From contig CAYREY010000003.1 of NCBI GenBank assembly GCA_964423405.1, forward strand, positions 81,326-145,325: a stretch of DNA of 64,000 nt, written 5' to 3'. Made by a program: the position numbers and the translations under genes. Source of the stretch: an uncultured Chitinophaga sp. (GTDB lineage: Bacteria > Bacteroidota > Bacteroidia > Chitinophagales > LD1). The notes under the pieces are model-generated. The model did no database searches. It had not been told where the DNA came from and was given only the letters and a program-made list of their open reading frames with translations. Positions 47,701 through 56,900 of the stretch are shown one piece after another; positions within the stretch are counted from its first letter, which is position 1; each line of letters starts with the position of its first letter.

Positions 47701-47794
47701 GGTTTACTACCAGGTTTTGGGCTTTAACGGGGGTTGTATTAATAGATAATACATAAAGGAGCAATGCAAGGGCAATGCGTAAACAGTTTTTCAT
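44738..47794 (-). CDS. 1018-aa T9SS type A cargo: N-terminal jelly-roll (NLVVNPSFE type), six SprB-type repeats, type A CTD
   Basis: The C-terminus MSVFPNPNAGSQWTIAVS...VYDAIGRMVYK...APGVYMLKVTKGNKSVSQKLIRL is a type A CTD. The start is set at MKNCLRIALALLLYVLSINTTPVKAQ (ATG 47794). The N-domain QNLVVNPSFE...YFIDDVSIVP is a recurrent Bacteroidota secreted-protein domain. Confidence 0.9.
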   Translation of the reverse strand: MKNCLRIALALLLYVLSINTTPVKAQNLVVNPSFEITSSNCANLGGEGFFTDLAGSWDNASNNVGGDSCSSPDLFSACNTLPIIGGPGPTNMPSAALGFQYSHTGTRHAGIITYEALDEYREYIQGRVSSPLVAGQSYCVSMYVSLGDLMPYATNNMGIYFSNTRYLRDPCPGQTNSGIYVTPQLNYSCNAITDTSAAWVRLQWNYTAAGGETYFTIGNFFNNAGTNIVNTGQPVFPNPFAYYFIDDVSIVPNGCCFAEITARAPFCISDAPATLSVTTGTGTDCNPTLNGTWSGPGVNSSTGLFTPAVAGIGSHIISYTLPCGYTDTITIRVNACATLTACKENNNSVTVSGGTGPYTWQQQVQQQNCSGCIFPALCIPPGCETTTTTWQNFATGTNTTPASYPVRVLDSNGGELIITSAASLQNCASACALTASATPAATTCGNNNGGVTVTTTGATPTGYAWSNGATSATLTSVAAGTYTVTVSASGCTATATANVASSTGITASATSTAAGCTSTGTATANITGGTASAYSWSNGASTQTANSLAAGTYTVTVTSTANCTATASTVVGSSGGVVVSATATNATCSNANGSATVTISSGTATAYNWSNGATGATASNLTGGTYTVTVTGTGGCSATASAVVGNTGAPAITTSATAAGCNGNTGSATVTVTSGTATGYNWSSGATSATASNLAAGNYTVTVTGTGGCTVTASVTVNSSSTLSISASSTNTSCGNVNGTAAVNVTQGTASSYLWSNGATLPNLNSLAAGTYTVTVSDAGGCTATASVIVGGSGTGNVAITTDKTAICPGDSAILCAPSGYQSYLWNNGSTTDCIKVKLAGNYYVTVTDLDNCTATSPATAITAYQQPSVSISVNGDTLVAYNSSSYQWYRDGVLISGATDAIYVPSVSGSYTVVVSNAAGCTAQSLPVVVTITGINDMAKESMSVFPNPNAGSQWTIAVSQSWIGANCEVYDAIGRMVYKEEIKNEHSIVELNIAPGVYMLKVTKGNKSVSQKLIRL
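45413..46504 (-). repeat. Six in-frame ~61-72-aa Thr/Ala/Gly-rich SprB-type repeats
   Basis: The repeated pattern is (T/S)C(G/S)N.NG.A.V....GTA..Y.WSNGA.......L.AGTYTVTV....GC(T/S)ATAS..VG. The complementary strand is open as a shadow ORF (45702..46352). Confidence 0.85.
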
Positions 47795-47940
47795 AAAGTA
47801 CTTAAGTTGTGTTAGCGATTTTGAGCGACCGATTTCGAATATAAAAACAACTATGATATATAAAGCAACAATTTTATGCAAGGTCTTAAAATTGTAAATA
47901 TCTGGTATTCAATTAGGTCATACATTAATAATCGCAAATA

Positions 47941-47968
47941 AAAAAGGCCGGCTAAAAGCCGGCCTTTT
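47941..47968 (-). terminator. Rho-independent terminator after the 3522-aa gene
   Basis: AAAAAGGCCGGC-taaa-GCCGGCCTTTTT is a perfect stem with flanking A and T runs. It starts 23 nt after the stop at 47991. Confidence 0.85.
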
Positions 47969-47990
47969 TAAATTAAGATGTTATGAAACA

Positions 47991-50900
47991 TTACCTCGTC
48001 AGTACAATTTTCTGGGTGTATACCTCGTTAGCCGATGATACTACAGCCGTGTAGGTACCCGATGCCAGTCTTGCCAGGTCGAAGGCAATGGTGTTGGCAC
48101 CTTTGTTTACCACATGGTTGCTTTCCAGTACTTTCTGGCCTACTATGTTGTAGAATGCTATACTTATTTCCTGCTCTTTGGTACCGGTCACTATCAGACT
48201 GGTACGGTCGGTAGTTGGGTTAGGTATAAACTCTTTTACACTAAAGGTAGCCTCACCTACTATACGGGCACTTACTATATCGGTGTACTCAAACGCATTG
48301 TCGTAGTCAACCTGTTTCAGTCGGTAGTAGTAAACCACACCGGCAGCTACGGTCATATCATCGTAGTTATAGTTATGCTGTGTAGTAGCATTGTTGTGGC
48401 CTTCTACAAAACCTATCTGTGTCCAGTTCTGGCCATCGGTGCTGCGCTCTACTTCAAAGCCGCGGTTGTTCACCTCTATGGCAGTTGCCCAGCTCAGGCG
48501 TATGTAAGCGTTGTTCATTACATCGGCCTGCAGGTATATCATCTCTACCGGCAGCGGCTGGCTTTGTTGCGAACCGTGCAGCCAGAATTCTGAAAACTCG
48601 GTTACCGTCATTTGTACATAGTGGTGTGTTTGTGCACCGCCATATATACCCTGGAAACCCGTGTTGCTGCCTGTGTATTCGCCTTTTATAAGCGGACGGT
48701 TTGGCGTGGTATTGTCACCAAACACGCGGTACAGGCCGCTTGGCGTGTTGTTCAGGTAGTTGCCGTCTTCGTTGTTACCGGTGTATTTGGTTACATACAG
48801 CTGGTTAAAGTTGTATACATCATCCAGCTCGGTACAAGCGTAATCAGGGTTAGGGTAGCCGGTGTTGTTGTTCCAGGCATCGGCTTTCAGTGTGTTGTAA
48901 TCATCATCGCTAAAGAACAACATCACATCTACACCCGTTGTAGGCGCTAAGGTAGATGTCATTTTAAAGTGACGACGCATAGCGGTATGCTCGGTCCAGG
49001 TACAGTTGGTTGCCAGCGGGTTGTTATATATTACCGGTGGTGTGGCGTCTTTGTACACATCAACGGTTACCAATCCAAGGTTGCTGTGGTTGTCGTTAAT
49101 AGCCATTATGGCGTTGTTAGTTACTGCATCGCGGAAAGTAACCCATTTGTTATAGTCGTTAATCCAGCAATCTACAGTTATGTTACCGGTAGCCGAGGTC
49201 ATTACTATATCGTTCGGGCGGCCGGTAGGCGCTGTTACCGCACTGCTGGTAGTGCTGCAACCGGCAGCGTCAGTTACAGTATAGGTACCCGATGCACCGG
49301 CGTTCAGTTCGTGTATACCCTGGTTGGTAGTAGAGGTATAGAATGAACCCGGATAGGTATAAGGTGGTGTACCACCCGAACCGGTTACCAGTACATAGTA
49401 TTTATCGCCCACGGCAAAGTTCATACACTCATCTACCACTACGTTGGCTACTACCGGTGTGCCGGCCGTTACAACTGCTGTAGCAGCAGTGGTTACAGGG
49501 CCGCAACCAGAGCCGGCCTGGCCTATCTCGCAATAATAGTAGGTGGTGCCTGCTACTACCGGTGGGGTATAGCTGGCGTTGTTGGCGCCGCCGATTAATG
49601 TACCACCCGAAGTAGAGTTGGTAGTGTTTGAATACCACTGGTAGCTGTATGCACCGGTACCGCCATTAGCCGTTACACTTATTGGTGATGCCGTACCACC
49701 CGAGCATAAACCGGTTTGTGTAGCCGGTGTAGGGTTGCTTACGGTTGGGTCTGGTAGTATGGTAACGTTGGCAAACAAACTGTAAGCGTCATCGCAACCT
49801 GGGCCGGTTGAGTACACCTTAGCCCAAAGCGGCACTGTAATAGCCGGTGCGTTTGCTGCGGTAGTAATACTAAGGTCGGTAGTAGTTTCACCAGAGTATG
49901 TTACACCAGTAGGGTTACTGTTTGTTACAATGGTACCGTTATCGTACTCCCACTCATATAGCAGGTTTGGTGCACCGCCACTGGCAGCAACAGTTAAGGT
50001 AGCATTACCGCCAGAGCATAGGTAAACATCTACCGGCTCCAGCGTTATTGCCGGGTCAGCTTTTACATCTACCGATACGTTAGATGACGTATTGGTACAG
50101 TTAGTACTCATAGTTACTGTTGCTCTGTACAGGTAATTACCTATACCCAGCGCTGTGCTGGTGTTATATGTAGATGAAGTAGTGCTTTGTACAGTACTCC
50201 AGCTACCGCCGCCGTTGGCGCTGCGTTCCCACAGTATGTTGGTTATTGCGCCGGTACCACCGGTAACAATAGCTGTAAGTGTAGCGCTACCACCTGAACA
50301 TACATCCTGGTTTCCTGATATAGAAATATTAGGAACTGATGCAGCGGTAACTACTACCTGATCGCTGGCCGTACAACCATTGCCAGCTGTTACAACTACT
50401 GTATAGGTACCGCCTTGTGTAATGGTAGGCGATGCTGTGCCACTACCGGTTACACCGGCAGTAGGGCTCCAGTTGTAAGATGCGGTACCGGTTATATTGA
50501 TATTGTCAACCATAGGGCCGCCTACATAGGCACCATTAAGGTCCCCATCGTTCACCCAGCGGAAACCCAGCAGGAAACGTTTGCCTACTACAGCAGCAGG
50601 CATAGTAATATTTGCCGTACCGCTGGTAGGTGCATTGGCAAAGAAAGCGTTGGTACTACCCATGCCACGGTACAGGTTAAATGTGCCGGCGTTATTACCT
50701 TCACTTATAGGCACCCAGGTTGTACCGTTATCCAGCGAGTACATTACCTGTAGGTAATCGTATACATCGCTGCCAGAGTACGTACCACCCACCTGATAGT
50801 TAAAGCTTAGATTAACTGAAGTGTATAAACGCGCATCTACCGGTGTAGTGTTGTAGGCTATCTCGTCCAAAGTACCGGCATCCCAGGCATAATCTCCCGG

Positions 50901-53900
50901 CACCACAGGTTCGTAAATACGACGATCAAACATGGTTAAGCCCGAACCCGATGTAATGTTGTTTACCGGGTTAGCCATATTGGCTACAGGTGTTGCACCG
51001 TTATAGGTAATCCACCATTCGCTGCGGTTGGCAGGCTCAAGGCCATACAGATATTTAATTCTCCAGTTGCTGGTAGTAGAAGTAACTTCAGAACTTACGC
51101 CCGTGCCAAAGTTCTCAGTAAATATAGTAGTGCTGTTTGAAGTAGCATTCAATACCACACTCGAAGAACAGTTAAGTGTCACATCCGATCCGGCATTGGC
51201 TACAGGTACTGGTTTAATTTCTACCGCACCGTTCATAGGTACATTACAAGCGCCGCTATTAACCGATACTGTATAGGTACCGGCTGCACCTGTATTACCA
51301 ATGGTAAGTGCGCCACCCGAACTCACAACCGGCGAACCAAAGGCCGAACCATCACGCATCAGCTGGTAAGTAAGGCCGTTGGTTGAGTTATCCAGCCCTA
51401 CAACTACCGGAGTTAATGCATCATAACATAATTCGGTGTTGGCAGGTGTTACATTGTAAATGTTTACGTTACTGGTAATTACGAAATCGGCTTGCGAGCG
51501 GCAGCTTGGGCTGCTTGAGCAGGCTGCCCAGAAAGTATAGGTACCCTGGGTGTTTGTATTTGCTAAGCCAGAACCAGGTACACCAACCGGATTAAAGGTT
51601 TCGCCATATCCTATCGGCGAACCACCAGATGAACTGGTGTACCATTCTACAGTACCCGGTTGGTTAATCAATACATTACCACCCACCGGAGGTGTTACTG
51701 TCCATGTAAAATCATTATTTACTACATCTGAACCACCGTCGGTAGTAGAGATAAGGGTATAAGTAATTCCGGCTGTAAGGGTAAGCGGGTTACCAATACT
51801 ACCCAGTATAGGCTCACCGCCCGAACCGCTGGCATTATCAGCTCTAAGCAGCGTACCGGTTGCACAGCTACCAGGTGTAAAGCCGCCTGTTACTATATAA
51901 CCTGCGCCATTGTAACTGGTATTGGTATTCATTTCAAATATATAATCGCCGGTTACAGATACCTGGAAAGGTATGGCCGAGTAAGTACGTACAGCTCCGG
52001 TAAATCCACAAGTACTGGTATTAGCAGCACCCGATGGTGTAGCTGCAGTAGGGTCGCCTGCAAGCCAGCCTCCATAAATCTGGTTAGGGCCGGGTATGGT
52101 AGGTATCACAAAATTCTGTATACATACGCTACCGGCATCTACCGATAGGCTACCACTACCACCCTGACAGATAGATACCGGATTAACAGCTAGTGGTGTA
52201 GGTACTGCGTTTACAGTAAGTGTGCCCAACATTGGTGTAACACAATCTGGCACTGCTGTTAATCTTACTTTAACCGAGTGGCTACCTGTAGCAACACCGG
52301 TAAATATCGGGCTGCTCTGGAAAGCACCAGCATCAAGCTGATACTCGTAGTTAAGGCCAACAGGGCTGCTTACCTGTATAGTACCCGATGGTACTGCACA
52401 AGTAGGTTGCGCTGTTACTGTAGCAGTAGGTGCAGGTGGCGGAGAAGGTACCGGGCCCACTGTAGCAGTATTGTTATTAGTACAACCACCTACGTTTGCT
52501 TTCACATTAACTGTATGTGTGGTCGACGATAATCCGCTAAATGAAGTAGAAGCTCCATAAGTACCACCATCAATATTATAGGTGTATGCACCAAGTGGCG
52601 CAGTAACGGTTATAGTACCCGATGGTGTAGTACAGGTTGGGTCTGTTACAGTTAATGTAGGTACCGCAGGTACCGGGTTTAATGTAATATCAACATCATC
52701 GGCAGATGCAACACAAGGTGCGTTGGCAATTGTCCAACGCAAGGTGTATGTACTGCCTACAGTACCACTAAACGATGAGGTAGGACTGGTTGGCGAAGGT
52801 ATAGAACCACCCACACCAGCAATAATGCTCCACGAACCTGTACCAACTGCTGGTGTGTTTCCGGCAAGTGTGGTAGTGTTTCCACAAACCACCTGGTCGG
52901 CACCAGCCGCTGCTGTAGTAGGTGTAGCCACCAAAGTAACTATCACATCATCCGAAGATGGAGTACATGGTGCGTTGGCAATAGTCCAGCGCAGAGTATA
53001 CGCTACACCAGCTGTACCTGTAAAGGTAGATGTTGGGCTGGATGGGGTAGTTACAGTACCACCAGCACCCGATATAATTGACCAGGTACCAGTTCCTATA
53101 GATGGTGTATTAGCAGCCAATGTTGCTGAGCTACCGCACACGCTTTGGTCTGGACCAGCGTTAGAAGTAGTTACGCTCGCAGCAAAACTAATTACCACGT
53201 CATCGGTAGATGCTGTACAAGGTGCATTTGATATAGTCCAACGTAAAGTATAGGTATTCCCCGCTACACCGCTAAATGCCGATGTTGGGCTTGAGGCTGT
53301 TGTTATTGTTCCACCGGCTCCCGAAACAATAGACCATGAGCCAGTACCAATTGCAGGTGTATTACCGGCCAGCGTAGTGCTGGTAGCACATAATGTTTGG
53401 TCGGGGCCTGCATTAGCAGTTGTAGGGCTAGGTGTTAAGGTTATTACCACATCATCGGTAGAAGCGGCACACGATGGGTTAGATATTGTCCAACGCAGAG
53501 TATATGTGTTACCGGCTATACCAATAAATGCTGATGTAGGGCTGGATGGTGTAGAAACAGCACCGCCGCTACCCGATATAACGCTCCAGGCGCCTGTACC
53601 AATAGTTGGTGTATTGGCCGCAAGTGTTGCGTTAACACCACATACTGTTTGATCGGCACCTGCAGCAGCAGTAGTCGGGTTCTGTTTAAACACAACTACC
53701 ACATCATCGCTCGATGATGCACATGGTGCATTGGCAATGGTCCAACGAAGGGTATAGGTATTGCCTGCAACACCACTAAAGGTTGATGTTGGGCTAGATG
53801 GAGTAGTAATAGTACCACCTGTGCCACTTATTATAGTCCAGGTACCTGTACCAACCGATGGGGTATTACCGGCCATAGTAGTACTGCTGCCGCAAATATC

Positions 53901-56900
53901 CTGATCGGCACCGGCATTGGCAGGTGTTACGTTCGATGTGAAGTTTATTACCACATCATCGGTAGAAGCTGCACATGGTGCATTTGATATGGTCCAGCGT
54001 AGGGTGTAAGTAGTACCGGCTACACCGTTAAAGGTAGATGTAGGGCTGGATGGTGTAACAACTGTACCACCGGCTCCAGATATAATGCTCCATGCACCTG
54101 TACCCACACTTGGAGTGTTGGCCGCAAGCGTAGCAGTATTGGCACACAGTGTTTGGTCGGCACCGGCAGCAGCAGTAGATGGTGTAGCTACCAGGTTAAT
54201 AACCACATCATCGGTAGAAACTGCACATGGTGCGTTTGATATGGTCCAGCGAAGTGTATAGCTAACTCCTGCAGTACCGCTAAATGCAGATGTTGGGCTG
54301 GATGGTGTAGTTACTGTACCACCTGCACCCGAAACAATTGACCACGCACCGGTACCAATAGTTGGAGTATTGGCTGCCAGTGTTACGCTTGTACCGCACA
54401 CAGTTTGGTCAGCACCTGCTGTAGAGGTAGTTGGGTTTTGTTTCAATTGTATTACTACATCATCGGTAGAGGCTGTACATGGTGCATTTGATATAGTCCA
54501 GCGTAAGGTATAAGTAGAACCTGCTGTACCGCTGAATGCAGATGTTGGGCTGGAAGGTGTGGTTACGGTACCACCGGTACCCGATACGATTGACCAAGCA
54601 CCGGTACCCACAGTAGGTGTGTTACCTGCCAGGGTTACACTGGTACCGCACACTGTTTGGTCAGCACCAGCTGCAGAGGTTGTTGGGTTGGCTTTAAACG
54701 CTATAATAACATCATCCGATGAAGCAGTACAAGGCGCGTTTGAGATAGTCCAGCGTAAGGTGTACGTTACACCGGCAGTACCGCTAAACGCAGATGTTGG
54801 GCTTGATGGTGTGGTAATAGTACCACCCGCACCACTTATAATACTCCAAGAACCGGTACCTACTACCGGCGTGTTTCCGGCAAGTGTAGTGCTGTTTCCG
54901 CATAAATTCTGGTCTGGGCCTGCATTAGTAGTTGTAGGGTTACCGGTAAAGTTAATCACCACATCATCCGATGAAGCAGTACATGGCGCATTAGTAATCG
55001 TCCAGCGTAGTGTATAGCTGGTACCCGCTGTACCACTAAAAGTAGATGTAGGGCTGTTTGGCGAAGCTACTGTACCACCTGCACCCGATATAATGCTCCA
55101 GGTACCTGTACCTACGCTTGGCGTGTTTCCGGCTAAGGTAGTGCTGGTAGCACACAAAGTTTGATCAGGGCCGGCATTGGTTGTTGTAGGTGTGGCCGTA
55201 AATGTAATAACTACATCATCGGTAGAAGCTGTACATGGTGCGTTCGAAATAGTCCAGCGCAACGTGTAAGTAGTACCGGCAGCACCGCTGAATGTAGAGG
55301 TTGGGCTTGAAGGTGTAGTAACAGTGCCACCTGCACCTGATATGATGCTCCACGCGCCGGTTCCTATGGCAGCAGTATTAGCAGCCAGCGTAGTGCTTGT
55401 TGCACATAGCGTTTGGTCCGGGCCGGCATTAGAAGTAGTAGGGTTCTGTTTAAAGTTTACCACTACATCATCGGTAGATGCTGTACATGGTGCATTGGCA
55501 ATAGTCCAGCGCAGGGTGTATGTACCACCTGCCGTGCCACTAAATGCCGATGTTGGGCTGGATGGAGTAGTGATAGTGCCACCGGTACCACTTATAATGG
55601 TCCAGGTACCTGCGCCAATAGTAGGTGTATTACCTGCAAGGGTAGTACTTGTACCGCATACGTTAATATCGGCACCGGCGTTAGCCGTTGTAGGGTTGGC
55701 TCTCAAGTTTATTACTACATCATCGGTAGATGCGGCACAAGGCGCGTTAGAGATAGTCCAGCGCAGGGTATAAGTAGTGTTAGCTGTACCGGTAAATGTA
55801 GTTCCATTGGCTGCTGAGTTAGCAAAGCTACCACCTGTACCTGATACTACAGACCAAGCACCGGTACCTATTGCAGGTGCATTTGCGGCTAGTGTAGCGC
55901 TGGTAGCACAAACAGATTGGTCAGGACCGGCGTTAGATGTTGTTGGATTTTGTTTGAATGTAACTATTACATCATCGGTAGACGCTGCACAGGCTCCGTT
56001 GGTTATAGTCCAACGCAGGGTATATGTACCACCCGCCGTACCACTAAAAGCCGATGTAGGGCTGGATGGCGTGGTAATGGTACCACCTGTACCACTTATA
56101 ATGGTCCATGCACCTGTACCAACGGTAGGTGTGTTGGCACCAAGCGTGGTACTGTTACCGCATATAGTAATGTCTGAACCCGCGTTGGCTGCTGTTGGAG
56201 CCGAGCTAAGGTTTATTGCTACATCATCGGTAGAGGCCGTACATGGTGCATTTGATATAGTCCAGCGCAAAACATAACCGGTGTTAGCTGTACCGTTAAA
56301 GGTAGTACCATTGGCTGCTGCGTTAACAAAGCTGCCGCCAGCACCAGATACTACCGACCATGCACCTGTACCCACAGCAGGCGCATTTGCTGCCAGTGTA
56401 GCGCTGGTTGCACAAACCGATTGGTCAGGCCCGGCATTAGATGTTGTAGGGTTTGCTTTAAGGCTTATTACTACATCATCGGTAGATGCTGTACATGGCG
56501 CATTGGCTATAGTCCAGCGTAGCGTATAGTTGGTGCCCGCCACACCGGTAAAAGGCGATGTAGGGCTGGTTGGAGTGGTAATAGCACCACCAGCACCGGT
56601 TATTACAGACCAGGTTCCTGAGCCTGACGAAGGAGCGTTACCCGCCAGTGTGGCTCCTGTACCGCATATTGTCTGGTCAGCACCGGCAGCAGAAGTGGTT
56701 GGGTTAGAACGAAGGTTTATAACTACATCATCTGTAGAAGCTGCACAAGGAGAGTTTGAAATTGTCCAGCGCAGGGTATAGCTTGTATTAGCCGTGCCGC
56801 TAAACGCAGTATTATTCAAAGCTGCATTGGTAAAGCTGCCACCTGTACCCGATATAATAGACCAGGCACCTGTACCCACAGTTGGCGCATTACCCGCCAA

